From positions 186,001 to 250,000 of the forward strand of contig OY253674.1 of NCBI GenBank assembly GCA_958009085.1: 64,000 nt of DNA. The letters run 5' to 3'. The position numbers and the translations under genes are program-made. Positions 51,471-64,000 of this stretch are shown in pieces. The notes under the pieces are model-generated. The model worked only from the letters and a program-made list of their open reading frames with translations, ran no database searches and was not told the DNA's origin. The stretch is from Protoeuglena noctilucae (lineage: Eukaryota). Position 1 is the first letter of the stretch. Each line of letters opens with the position of its first letter.

Positions 51471-51950
51471 GGCTCCTCTCCTTGCTCCGGTCCAGCGCTG
51501 GGGGCGCAGCGATGACAAGGGGCGACGTTCCAGCGCCAAGGTCCTGGAGGCAAGTTCGGTCGGCGTCAGACCTCGCGGAAGCGTAACTGGGGACCGCTTA
51601 GCCGAATTTAATTGTGCGCGGAGTGCATGGCGATGCGGATGAGCGGGCGCGCTAGTCCGACCCGAGAAGTCAGAAACGGTCCCTGACATCCGGCGAAATT
51701 TCGAGCCCTGCCCCCGATGCGCGTCCTCCAACCGACTGATTTCTTTAGCTGGAGCCAGCACATGTGGCGGCGGACCATGAGCGCCATCGGACGCCTTGCA
51801 GCCGCAGTCGAGGCGAGTGCGCCCAGCTGCGTGGCGTTTCTGCCGTCGCCGCGGTACCGCGTATGATATATTGAATGGATGGTTCTTGCCACGGGGCGCA
51901 TAGCCCTCGAGAGTCCCTGGTTTTCGCTGACGGCGCGCGGGACTCGTCTT

Positions 51951-51960
51951 GTTCTAGAAC
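51951..51960. promoter_or_regulatory. Possible heat-shock element (gTTCtaGAAc) in the divergent UGD/HSP90C intergenic region
   Basis: A perfect two-unit inverted nGAAn palindrome about 280 bp upstream of the HSP90C ATG. Only two units are present. Confidence 0.35.
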
Positions 51961-52239
51961 CACGAGCGCTGACGGCCACCGGCGCCGATGCGTGGCCTCA
52001 CCGTCCACTCCTTGTCCCATGCTCGAGCGGGAACCGCACGCGCACCCATCTATGGCCCCCGGAGCGCAGGCGGCCACCCCACGAGCTGGCCCGCCGCCAC
52101 TGTCCTTCGTCGCGACCCTCGCGCCCCGCTTGTCGATATTTCGTCGCGCAGTTGCTTCGTACACGTTCTCATGGTCTTTTTGCGTTCACTTGAACCTCTA
52201 TCCAACCGCGGGGCCCCCCGTTTCGTGCAGGCGCCCTCG

Positions 52240-55200
52240 ATGCGGGCATCGACGAGCGGAGCGACCCTCCGCCGGGTCCCCGTGCCCCGGACCGCCGGCC
52301 GCCGATGGTCACCGGGCGCGGCGTGTATCCAGAGCGCGCTGAGCCTGCCGCTCGTCGGGGCGGCGGCTCCGCGTGCCCGGAGGTCTGCCATGGCGACCCA
52401 GGCGGTGGCGGAGGCTCAGGAGGAGACCTTCACGTACCAGGCTGAGGCGAGTGATGCGTACTGTGACGTTCGTCGCATTCCTGAGGGCCCTACCGATCAC
52501 AGCCAGCCCTTCAGCGGCGCTGCTTGACCCAGGGACGATGTGACCATGTCTCCGACCCTTTTGCTCCCGCAGGTGGACCGCCTGATGGACCTGATCGTCA
52601 ACTCCCTGTACAGCAACCGGGACATCTTCTTGCGCGAGCTCGTGTCCAACTCGAGCGACGCGCTGGACAAGGCCCGGTTCAAGGGCGTGCAGGACGCGGA
52701 CTATTTGGGCGACAACGCGGACTTCCGCATCCGCATCCGCGGCGACAAGGACAAGCGGACGGTGGTGATCGAGGACAACGGCGTGGGCATGACGCGGCAG
52801 GAGCTGGTCGATTCCCTAGGCACCATCGCGCGTTCTGGCACGCGCAAGTTCCTGGAGGCACTCAAGGAGTCGAAGCAGGCAGAGGGCAACAACCTGATCG
52901 GCCAGTTCGGCGTGGGCTTCTACTCGAGCTTCCTGGTGGCCGACCGCGTGACGGTGCAGACCAAGAGCCGCGACGACGCCAAGCAGTGGGTGTGGGAGAG
53001 CGCGGCGGGGTCCCACCAGTACACCATCCGCGAGGACGCGGCGGCGGACATTGGCCGGTGAGGAGTTGCCTGCTGCGCACGACGCTGCTGCTGGAGTTGC
53101 CATTGGGGCGGCGTGCGGCGGGGCGGCGCGGTGTGCGTGTGCGTGTGAGGCAGGATACACATGGGCTTCCCGAGATGGGTGCCGTGTGTCGTGACGTTTG
53201 TCTCGTTTGGCCATTTCCAGGGGCACGCGCATCACCTTGTACCTGAAGGAGGACTGCGACGAGTATGCCGACAGGGCGCGGCTGAAGAGCCTGGTGGGCA
53301 AGTACTCCGAGTTCATCTCCTTCCCCATTGAGATCTGGCAGACCAAGTGAGTTTTCTCTGTGCGTTGCGGGATGCAGCAACGCACAAGTGGTTACGATCG
53401 TTAACACCCTTGTCTCGTTGCCGCAACGTTCGCCACCCCCGGCGGTCTTCCTGGCGGTTCCCTGACGGTGTTATGTATCTCCCCTGCGCACAGGACGGAG
53501 TACAAGGACGAGGAGGACGTGGAGGCCACCAAGAAGGCCCAGGAGGAGGAGAACAAGAAGGCCGAAGAAGAAAAGCGGGAGCCGACCACCGTGGCGCCCG
53601 TGCTCAAGAACCAGGCCGTGACCAAGGAGGAGTACCAGCGCGTCAACGGTGAGATGGGTTGAGATGGGCTCGATGAGATGAGGCAGGAGTGCCAGCGCGT
53701 CGACGGCAAGTTGCCTTTACGCGTGTCGTGTGTTGCTGGTCCTGTCGCCACCATCCCATCCCTCCCCTCTCCCGCCAATCGCAGAGTCCAAGCCCCTCTG
53801 GGCCCAGAGGTCGAGCGAGGTCAAGGACGAGGAGTACAAGGAGTTCTTCAAGCAGACGTTCCGTGAGTTCGTGGACCCCCTGGCGTGGAACCACTTCAGC
53901 GTGGAGGGCACCTACGAGTTCAAGGGACTCATCTACGTCCCGGGCATGGCGCCGTTCGAACAGGTGACGATGGTCGACACGTCTGTTGACATCCACGCAG
54001 AGCACAGTGTCATGTCGAGGCACACATTCGCGGGTGGTATCGCCAGCAACCCTGCCACCACGCCAAAGCATGGATGTGTCCGTCACTCATTCTGCGCGCC
54101 CCTCACGCCCCTCACCTTTGCAGTATGGTGTGGCGGAGAAGACCCGTTCAATCCGCCTGTACGTCAAGCGTGTCTTCATCTCTGACACGTTCGATGAGGA
54201 GCTCATCCCTCGCTGGCTCTCCTTCATCAAGGGTGTCATCGACTCCTCGGACCTGCCCCTCAACGTGTCGCGCGAGATCCTCCAGGAGAGCAGGATGACC
54301 AAGGCCATCCGCAAGCAGATCGTGCGCAGGGCCATTGCTATGCTCGAGGGGCTGCAGGAGAAGCAGGAGGACTTTAAGGTGAGAGTAGATGGGCGGTGGT
54401 GCGATGATTGTCATGTGGGACGCAAGAGACGGTGCTTGTTGCCTGTCCTGGTTGGGGCTCACCTGTGTCACTACGTGACTGTTGTGTGAGACAAAGCAAC
54501 CTGCTCTTGCTTTGACATGCACACATGCGCTCAGGACCATGCACGGCACACCGGATGGCTCGTCACCCACCACTCCCTCTATGTCCCTCTGCCCCCGCAG
54601 ACGATGTGGGATTCGTTCGGCCGCAACATCAAGCTCGGCTGCGTGGAGGACCAGGAGAACAACAAGCAGCTCGCCAAGCTGCTCAGGTTCGCGTCCTCCA
54701 AGACGGACGGGGCCAAGAACGAGCTCACGTCGCTCCAGGACTACGTCAAGAGGGCCAAGGAGGGGCAGGCGAGAGGCTGCGGGGTGCTGGCGGCATGTTA
54801 ACAACGCAGTGTGGCGGCGTCTGTGCAGTCGCGCTTGCTGTCAGCGGCCGGCTGAGGTCGTGGCGACGGCGCACCCGCCAGCAGCTACACCACTCATCGC
54901 GTGAGCCTTGACGGATGGAGTTTCGACAACTGGTGCTGTCGCTTGCGTCGCAGGACAGCATCTTCTTCATGGCGGCGGACTCGCGCTCGGCGGCCGAGGC
55001 CGCGCCGTTCGTGGAGCGGCTGACCAAGCTGGGGTACGAGGTGTTGTACCTGACCGAGCCGATTGACGAGTACGTGGTGATGACGCTGGGGCAGTTCGAG
55101 GAGAAGAAGTTTGTCGACGTGACGCGGGAGGGGCTCAAGCTGCCCGAGGAGGAAGGTGAGGGCCGGGGATCGCGGCATGGCGAGGTGGCGACGAGGCGTG

Positions 55201-56008
55201 CGGCTGCCATGATGTGGCGAGCCTCTGTCGTGCATGCGTGCGGGCCCGAGAGCGGCCCCGAGAGCGGGCAGGTGGGATGAGATGGGTGGTAGGTAGAGCT
55301 CATGTGATATTGAGTCGATGCATATGAGCACTCAGCTGCTTTCTGTTACGATTTATCCCTGCAGGCAAGGAGGAGGTGGTGAAGAAGGCGGCGGAGGAGC
55401 TCCAGGCGCTCATCTCGTTCGTGACGGAGCGTCTCAAGGGCAAGGTGGAGAAGGTCGAGGTGTCGATGCGGCTGGAGGACACGCCGTGCGTGCTGGTCAC
55501 GTCCAAGACGGGGTGGAGCGCCAACATGGAGCGCATCATGCGCGCGCAGGCGAGCGGGGTTTGCAAACGCGGCCGATGCACGCAGAGTATAGTAAACTGC
55601 GTCCGGCGGTGGCCGCATCGCTGCAGCGTTGATCCTCGACGCCGCTGCTTTACGTTGCAGGCGATGGGCGACAACCGCGCGATGGACTTCATGCGGGGCT
55701 CCAAGATCCTGGAGGTGAATCCGTCGAGCAACGTGATTCGCAACATCAACAGCCTGGTGGCTGCGGGGGACCGGGAGCAGGCGGGGCAGCTGGTCGACCT
55801 CATGTTCGAGACGGCCCTCTTCACGTCGGGCTTCACGGTGGACGACAAGCGGGGGTACGCCAACAAGGTCTTCTCGATGATGGAGAGGGCAGCGGGTGGG
55901 CGGGGCTCGTCTGGGGGCAGCAGCTCTAGCGGGGGCGCGGGGTCGGTGGTGACGCCCGAGGTCGTCCCGGAGTCCAGCAGCGGGGACAAGGAGGACCCCT
56001 GGAAGTAG
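52240..56008 (+). CDS. HSP90C: Organellar (plastid-type) HSP90
   Basis: Transit-peptide-like N-terminus, then ETFTYQAE/VDRLMDLIVNSLYSNRDIFLRELVSNSSDALDK, IGQFGVGFYS, DSSDLPLNVSREILQ, GWSANMERIMRAQ. Ends EDPWK, with no MEEVD or KDEL. Confidence 0.93.
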
Positions 56009-56248
56009 ATATGGCGCTTGCGGACGACAGGGATGCACGCGCGTTTACACGAGGCGCATCTCGGGCCAGCGATTGAAACGGCGGCGTCAGCCGTGGGTAG
56101 GAGCCCTATCCCGACGCAGGCTGCGCTGGGGGCCATCCGGGGGCCGCCGTGACGCAAATTTACCAGTCGGAGTACTTGAGCAGCGCATCAGCAGCCGCCG
56201 GCCGCCGATTTTCGTTCCCTTTCCTCCGATATATCTGGTAGAAGCAAG

Positions 56249-57200
56249 ATGTCCTGTTTCGGCAAGGCAGAGACCGCGCCGGAGCGCCAGACCATCGTGG
56301 TTTTCGGTGCCGGGGGGCAGACGGGCTGGCATTTCGTCAAGCATGCCCTGGATGCGGGGTACCACGTCCGCGCGTGCGTCCGCAACACCGAAGCCCTCGC
56401 GAAGAAGCTCGGCGCCCAGGCCAACGACTCGCACCTCGAGCTCTTCCCGTGCGACATCACGAACGCGGGGCAGGTGCGACTGCTTCCATCCAGCCCGGGC
56501 TGGGACCAGTGGAGACAATTAGTGATCGCACTAATCCTGCACACCCAGGTCGACAAAGCCATCACCAAGGGCGCCAATGCCGTGGTCAGCTTCATTGGCC
56601 ACTCCCGCGACTCTCGGCCCGGGATGTGCCCGGCGTTCATGCGCCAGGTCCTGGAGTCGTCCCGGAAGGTGCGTTGTCATGCGCTCGCTGCCCGCGGACC
56701 TCCCTCCCGCCGCCTGCCGACATGCGATGCCTAGAGTCGTTATTCGGGGAAAAGGAGACGGGCTTTTGAGAGGGCGGGGGCGCGCAGGGTGGCGGCGCAG
56801 TGGTGGTAACAGGGGCGGCTAACGTCCGCAGATCAAGTGCGATCGCGTGATCTACCAGTCGGGCGGGGCCGTGCCTGCTCCCGGCAAGACCTTCGCGGAC
56901 TTTTCGATCGGCATGAAGATCTTCCGCATGGTCCTCATCCGCGCCTTGGGCATCGTCAACATGGTGCGCGACAATGACGCCGTGATGGAGGTGCTCCACA
57001 AGGAGGCGGACGATATCCGCTGGACCGTAACGCGCCCGGGCATGATCGTGGAGAAGCCCAGCCAGGGCACGGTGACGCCGCACCCCACCAAGATGCTGCT
57101 GAGCAAGGCCGTCACCTTCACCGACCTGGCCAAGTGCACCCTCGAGCTCGTCAAGTCCGGCGAGTACGTGCACGAGGCGCCCTACGTGAACTACTACTGA
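56249..57200 (+). CDS. NAD(P)H-binding atypical SDR, flavin reductase/BLVRB-like (3 exons)
   Basis: IVVFGAGGQTG..ALDAGYHVRACVRN, WTVTRPG, VTFTDLA. Confidence 0.82.
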
Positions 57201-57348
57201 AAGGGCCTACTGAGCCCAGAGCCTAGGGTGCGTGGGCGCTGTGAAGCAGAAGTCAAAGCAGCGGACACGAGTCCTAGGGAAGGGGGGGGGTAGCGATTGG
57301 AAAGAGGGAGCAAGCAGCGCAGATTGAACGACAGACGACTCGCACCCG

Positions 57349-60300
57349 TCATCCGTGCAGCTTCAGCGCGCCCCACAGACCCCTGTTCCGCACCAGCGCC
57401 ATCAAATGCTGCGACTCTGCCGGGGTGGCACGCAGGACGGCGGCCAGAGCAGGCACCATCGCGTCGCGCTCGCTGGTCTTGCCAGAGAGCGACGCTTCGG
57501 CGAACTTGAGGATCACGTTCTTGCCATACATCGAGTCGACTGACGATGACCCCGCACCCACGGGACCGGGCGCGCCGCCAGCCGCCGCCTGCCCCGCCGC
57601 GGGAGCCTCCGCAGGGCCCGGCCCGGACACCGGCAGCGCGTTGCTCGTGCCGAGCGACGACCGGGCCAGCGGGCCCCCGCCCCTTGCCGCAGGGCTGCCT
57701 GCGCGCACCACCGCGCTCGCCGACTGCGTGAGCTTGGGCCGGCCGCCCACGTTGCCACCCCGCAGAGCGTCCAGCTCGGCCTCCAGCTCCCTCTGATGAT
57801 CCTCGATCTGCGAAGCACAAGCACACACAGAGCCATCTCTACCTTCACACGTGAATCGCCACGCACCCCTGTACCCTGGAGCTGTCGGGGCAGTGTCTGT
57901 GACAGTGTCTGTGTCCCAGATCACCACTCAATCCCCCTTCTCAGAGACTCTCAAACAAACCCAACGCTCCCTCGTACAGCACGCGGCATTTGCCGCACCT
58001 GTGTGACGAGCGTGCGCAGGCTGGCTGCCTCCTTCCGCGCCCTCTCCAGCTGCCCCCGCAACTCCGCGCCCTCCGCAGCCATCTGCGCTCCAAGCTCCTC
58101 CGCCTCGCGCTTGGCCCTGTCTGCCGCCTCCTCTGCGGCTCGCCACCGCTCCTCCGCACGCTGAAGTTCCGCAGTAGCCGCTGTTGACGACTCCTCAGCA
58201 GCCACGCGCTGCCTCTCGGTTCGCTCCACGTCCGCACCCAGACGCGCAATCTGCAGGCACATGCACACGCAGCCGTGGGCTCGTCGATGCAGCACAGCAT
58301 AGCTCACGGCACAGCCCAGCCCATCACAGCTTGTGCAGCAACCCAGCCAAGCCCAGCTCACGCCACAACCCACCCCGCCACGCCCCGAGCTCTCACCTCC
58401 GCCAGCGCGTCCGGCGGCCACTGCGCCCGGTCCCTCGCGGCTTCCTTCAGCGCCTTCCGCACCCTTGCCTCCGACTCCGCCTGTGCTGCAGTGATGCGCT
58501 TGTCGGCCTGGGCAGCGTGTGCCAACGCATCCGCCAGCTGAGCCTCGAGCGACTGCACCCGCGAAGAGACGTGGGCGACCTGCAGAAGGAAGAAAGGAGT
58601 TATAAGGTCACAGATATACCTGATCATTGCACCCGTCTGAGTGACTCATACCAGCATCTGCACCCACCCTCCACTGTATGCACCCATCCACCAGCACCTG
58701 CACCCACCCACCGTATACATCCATCCATCCACCACCGCCCGCAGTGCCCCCACCCCACTCGCCTCTTTCGCCGCCTCGTCCGCCTCCTCCCTCCGCCGCA
58801 CCACCTCCAGCCGCAGCTCCGCCGCCGCTTCACTGGCGTCCCGCAGCCGCGCCCGCAGCTCTGCCGCCTCCCCCGCCGCCCGGTCCGCTTCGGCCAATCG
58901 CGAGCGAAGGACATCAAGCTCTGATGACCGGGCGCGCAATCGAGGGACCTCCGATTCCAGAGCCTGCCGGGCCACTTGGAGCGACTGCGGGGGCCGAGGG
59001 ATGGCGCGGCTCGGGCTTCCCCATCGCTTAGCCAAGGTGGTGCGGCACGGCACGTTAGTATTCATAGTCATACAAGGAGCCACCCACCTTTACTTGCTGT
59101 GTCAACTGCTCGATCTGCTCCCTCGCAGACGCCAGCCGCGTCGTCAGGTCCTTCCTCTCTCCAGCCAGCTGCGGGCAGGCACCAGGACGTGTGCCATCGA
59201 CCATCCCGACCCGTGCACACGAGGCTGCTCCCACCCATCACAGGCCAAACAGACCCGCGTCTCAGGCACGCGGTGGTGAGCGCATGTGCGTGACAGGACA
59301 CAGGTGCCCTCACCTGCTGCTCTAGCGCCCGCGCCCGCTCTGCCAGCGCGGCGTGAGCCTTGCGCTCGGCGGTCAAAGCGCGGTCCGCCTCTTGCCCCCG
59401 CGCCCCCGCTGCCTCCACCAGCTCCCTCGCCGACTGCACCGCTTGCTGTTGGGCCGCCCGGCTTTCCTTGACCTTCTGCCGCAGTGCCGCCACCTGCGTT
59501 GATGCAACGATGTCTCGTCAACAACAGCCCGCACCATTCTGTGATTCACCACAGCATGCACCCTTGCGCCCAGCCATGCACTCTATCTCTTTCCACCTCA
59601 CCTCATCCCGACGCGCAGCTTTGCACCCAGCCACGCGCCCTACCCCCATCTACGCCTCACCTCGCGGTCTCGTTCCGCCACCGTTGCCTCCGCCTTGGTC
59701 CGGAGCTCTTTCTCTTTGGCGAGAGCCTCGGCAGTGCCACGCACCATCGCGTCGACACCCTGCTTGCTCGCCCTCGCCGCCTCCACCTCGGCCCGCAAGT
59801 CCCGCACCATCCGATCGCGCTCCGCGACAATCGCGCCCCGCTCCTCCCGCCACCGCGCGCGCTCCCGGTCCCGCTCCCCCGTCGCCCTCTCCATTGCCGC
59901 CTGTGCTTCCGCCAATTGGTCCACCAGGTTCCGCAGGTGACGGTCCTTCTGGGCCGAATCCGCCGCTAGACGCTCCATGCGCGCCTCCAGCTCCGCGCGA
60001 GCGCGCGAGGCCTCCTCCGCGGCTGCCCTCGAAACACCGACACTTGCCCCCTCTGCCGTGGGACCATCGATGCTGGACCGAGGGGCCACCGGCGCGCCAC
60101 TGTGGGACCCAGAGAGCGACACCGCGCTGCTCTGGCGGGGACGGAAGTTCCCAGGGCCTAACGGACCCTCCACCTCCTCGCCCTCCCGCCGAAGCGACTC
60201 TAAGCCATGACTCTGCGCCACGGCCGCCCCTGCACCCGCATCCTCGTGCCTCGCCTCGCCTCCTCGCTCCCCGCTCCCCCGGCTCCGCAGCTCCTCCAGC

Positions 60301-63300
60301 TCTCGTCGCAATGCGTCCCGCTCCCCCTGCACCCTCTCCAGCTCTGACGCCAGCACTCTGACACACGACTCTTGCGCGGGTCCCTCCAGGGCATCCCCTG
60401 CCGTCCCCGCCGCTCTAGAGCCCTCGCTCCCGTCCACTGTGATAGTCACGCGCACGCGAGAGGGGCCAGGCACACCCACCGGCTCTCCTGGTTGTGACGA
60501 GCCAACCTCTTGTGATGAGGCAGCATCATGCACCGTCGCTCCCCCGTCCCCCCCGCGGTCCCCCGCGGCCCTCACTCTCTCTAGCTCCGCCGTCACCGCC
60601 TGCAGCTCTCGGACCAACTCGTCCCGCACCGCCACAAGCTCCACCCTCTCTCGCGACACCACGTCTTGTGCCTGCGTCACCTCCCGCAGGGCCGCTGCCA
60701 GCTCGTCCCGCTCGCGCCCGAGTCCCTCCGCGCGCGCTTGCGACTCCCGCACCTCCGCCGCCGCCACCTCGCGCCCCTCCACAGCCTCATCTCTCTCCCT
60801 CGCGATGCCCACCATGCGCTCCACCAGCTCGTCCCGCTCGCCCTCCGCCCGCCGCCGCGCTTCCAAAGCTTCCTCCCGCTCCCTCGAAAGCGCCTCCGCC
60901 CTCTCGCGCAGATTGTCGCACTGCGTCACAGTCTCCGACAGCTCTCGCTCCAAACTGCGCACGGTCGCCTCGAGCTTGTTGACAACCGCCCTCAGCTCCC
61001 CCGTCGCAGCCCCCGCCTCCTCCGCAGCGCCCTCCGCGTCACGTGCGCGCCCCTCCGCAGCTGCCGCCCTCTCCCTCGCCCCAGTCAGCTCGACCAGGGC
61101 CTCGTCGCGATCTTGCTCGGCCACCGCTGCCCTCTCTTGCGCCTGCTCGGCATCTGCCAACGCCGCGTCCCGTTCCTGCTCCGCTGCCGTGACGCGCGCG
61201 TCGAGACCCTCCCGCGCCGACCAGAGCTCCGCGACCTCTCCCTCCACGCGTGCCGCCCTTGCGGTCGCCTCCTCCTCCCGCACCCTCGCCTGCTCCACCT
61301 CAGCCTCCAAGCCCTCCACCGTCTCCTCCGCTCGCTGCAGCATCTCCCGCACTTCCGCGAGCGACGCGTGGAGCTCTTCCACCTCAGCGGCGAGCTGATC
61401 TGCGTCAGGTCGCGCATCGCGCCCATCCAGGCCAGCCTCCGCTGGGCTGGACAGGACCGACGGGGCAGGCGGCGCATCCACGGCGACACCGCTCTCTCCG
61501 ACATCGCCACCCGCTTTAGCGCCAGATGCAGCGTTCCTCTCTTGTATTGCAGCATCTCTCTCTTGCACTGCAGCGTCGCGCTCTTGCACTGCAGCATCCC
61601 TCTCTCCCACTGCAGCGTCCCTTTCTCGCAACGCAGCGTCCCTCTCTTGCAACGCAGCGTCCCTCTCTCGTGCTGCAGTCTCCCTCTCTCGCAATGCCTC
61701 CTCCACCTCCCGTCCCAACCCCTCCCGCTCTGCCCTGCCACGCTCGCCGCTCTCCCAGCCCACCAGCGCCTCCCGCAGGCGCCCCAGCTCCCCGTCCCGC
61801 TCCGCAATCGCTGACTCCAGCGCTGATGCCGCTTCCTGCAACGACACCACCTGCCCATCCAACGCCCCAACCCTCGCCTCCAGCTCGGCCTTGTCTTGCC
61901 CCAACGCCCCAACCCTCGACTCCAGCTCAGCCTTATCCTGCCCCAACACCCCAACCCTCGACTCCAACTCAACCTTGTCTTGCCCCAGCGCCCCAACTCG
62001 CGCCTCCAGCTCAGCCTTCTCTTGTGTCAACGCCCCAACCCTCGACTCCAGCTCAGCCTTGTCCTGCACGATTCCCTGCATGCTCGCCACGCGGGCCTCC
62101 AGGTCTGCGACCCTGGCGCGCCACACCGCGACCTCCTCGTCCCCCGCTTTCTCCCCCGGTGCCCCAGACGAGCTCCTGTCACCCGATTGGAGGTGATCGT
62201 GTGCTGCACGCAAGTCCACCTGAGCCCGCGTCAGCTCCTCCTGCAGCACAGCACGATTGCCAGCCCTCAGCATCCCACGGCCATCCACAGCACGATATGC
62301 GACTCGCACCCCACGCGCCGCCCGTTTGCTGGGGCTCTCACTGTCTCGCACCCCACGTTCCCCTCGCAGCAAGGTGCGATCACCAATTCGAAACACTGAC
62401 ATTCTGACATCCTCATATCCATCTTGGTTACCTGCGCGGTCGCCAGCGCCTTCTGCAGAGACTCGACTTCAGACCGGTGTCGCTTTTGGAAGGAGCTCGA
62501 GGACTCATGAGACGCCGCTAAGCGAGCATCCAGTTCCCTGCGACGGCGGCGCAGACGCGGGCGCGGCGTGTGGACAGTGTGCAAGCCACCCCCGTGCGCC
62601 ACCCCTCACAGCATCGGCTGGGAATAGCGAGACAGCACCCATGCCCTGGCTGCCTCGCCGCAGATACTGCAAGCCGCCAGCTCTTGTTCTCGTGTCCCGC
62701 TCACTTGATCGTCGCTTCCCGAGCCTTGGCCCGATCCTCGGCAGCGTTAGCCTTGGCGGCCGCAGCTGTCGCCTCTCGCCGCGCCCTCTCCGCCTCCTCC
62801 CGCACTGCCGCCAGCTGCCCCTCCAACCCCGCACGAACCGCGTCCCGCTCCCGCCGAGCCTGGAGCGCCTCTCTCTCAAGCGCTGCCAGCCGTGACGCAC
62901 CCTCGCCCTCGCCCTCACCCCCGCTCTCGCCCACAGATATTAAGTTGCCGACCCCCGCGCTCTCGGACCGCGCCCGCAGCTCCCGCAGCTCCCGCTCACA
63001 TTCCGCCAGGCGCGCCTGCGCCGCACGCAGCGCGTCACCCTCTGATGCGCCACCTCGCCCGCTCGCACCCGCATCCCCCAGCCGCGCCGTCAGCTCGTCG
63101 ATCTGAGCCCTGCAGCGATGGAGACCGACGCTCGAAACAAGACGTCGCGATCAGCAGCGGCGAAGCTTAGAGAGTCCATGCGAGGAGCTCACCTCAGTGA
63201 CAGGACCAGCACCCGGTTGACGCCGTCGTCCGTCCGTCGCACCTCCAAGGCTGCCTGCCGCGCTTGGGACGCGGGATCTGCTCCTCCCAACGTCGGGCGC

Positions 63301-63783
63301 CATCCGGCCTGCAGTGCGGCTTTCTCCAGCGCTGCGTTGGCTTCCAGGAGCGTCTCCTTGTCGCGCAGATGTCGCTCCACCAGCGCCGCGAGGTCGCCCT
63401 GGCTCAGCAGCCGGAGGGGTCGGGCGCTCTCCGTGGGGATTTTGACGTACTCTTCTGCGGCCCCCGATGGGCCCGACGCTGCGGGGAGAGGCGCCGGGAG
63501 CGTTCAGCAGAGACGCGCCTTGGCAGATCGCCCGGCGAGTGTCGATGATGCGCAACTCGCCTGGGTTCTGGGATTCCGCCAATCCCCGAGGTAAGGACTC
63601 GCCATCCGACACGACCTGCGCGCACCCCGGGTCCCGCGGCCGTCAGGAGAGGGACGTTAGAGCGCAACAACCTGCGAGGCGGGGCGCCGTGCTCCATCCA
63701 AAGCCAAATCTCACCCCCCTCGCAATCGCTGAAGCCTGTTCAGCCGCTTGCTTGAAGCGGTCTTTCAGCGAGTCCCAATTCAT
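57349..63783 (-). CDS. GRIP-domain golgin (long coiled-coil protein)
   Basis: Extensive E/A/R/L heptads. C-terminal MYGKNVILKF..ERDAMVPALAAVLRATPAE resembles a GRIP domain. First exon MNWDSLKDRFKQAAEQ joins in frame. Confidence 0.8.
61520..61690 (-). repeat. Coding 21-bp tandem repeat (ERDAALQ heptad) in the golgin
   Basis: About 7 copies of ERDAA[LVI][QRG]. Confidence 0.9.
61860..62066 (-). repeat. Coding 42-bp tandem repeat (DKAELESRVGALGQ) in the golgin
   Basis: 5 copies of a 14-aa unit. Confidence 0.9.
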
Positions 63784-64000
63784 GGCGCCGCAGTCGAGGG
63801 ACGACGATTTACGTCACGCGCCATACCTCGGGGCCGCCATCGTTCAGAGGCGCAACGAGACAGATCGGGAATATGCTCTATGGATGGCTTGGCGAGCTCC
63901 TCGCGTACATCTCACACTTTCACTGGTGTCACGCGCCAGAGAGGCGCAATCTTTGGCCGGGCGGCTTCACCAGCGAGCCGTATGCAATGCTTTCTCAGCC

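Noticed and set aside
60200..62400. Long plus-strand ORFs opposite the golgin, and similar ORFs opposite Nup214-like and HSP90C
   Set aside because: Antisense shadows expected at high GC with biased codon usage; no motifs.
1..64000. Introner elements, transposons or viral insertions
   Set aside because: I saw no intron sequence family shared between different genes, and no transposase, reverse transcriptase, integrase or terminal repeats. Echoes are local copies only.

Overview
This window is eukaryotic nuclear DNA: GC-rich, gene-dense and intron-rich. It is most likely from a green alga, judging by a plastid-type HSP90C with a transit-like N-terminus and a DUF1997 gene; the species cannot be determined. 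I assembled about 16 spliced genes by hand from GT/GC-AG junctions, mostly in alternating orientation: membrane-bound cyclic-nucleotide phosphodiesterase (PDE), PLP Ser/Thr dehydratase-like, DUF1997, RWD-RBR E3 ligase, GPC1 acyltransferase, GGCT-fold-like protein, SPT4, PME-1, bestrophin, Nup214-like nucleoporin, DIS3/RRP44, MTA1/AMT1-type MT-A70 methyltransferase, UDP-glucose dehydrogenase, HSP90C, NAD(P)H flavin-reductase-like protein and a GRIP golgin. The most striking unexplained structure is in the introns. More than 20 intronic 'echo' copies (about 20-55 nt) of the adjacent exon end or start occur, often including the splice site, and their mismatches to the real exon are overwhelmingly synonymous. 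Many introns also have a G-rich 5' half and a C-rich 3' half, and GC-AG introns are unusually common (at least 15). All gene models and counts are manual and unverified by database search or RNA-seq. CDS coordinates span first to last coding base, including introns.
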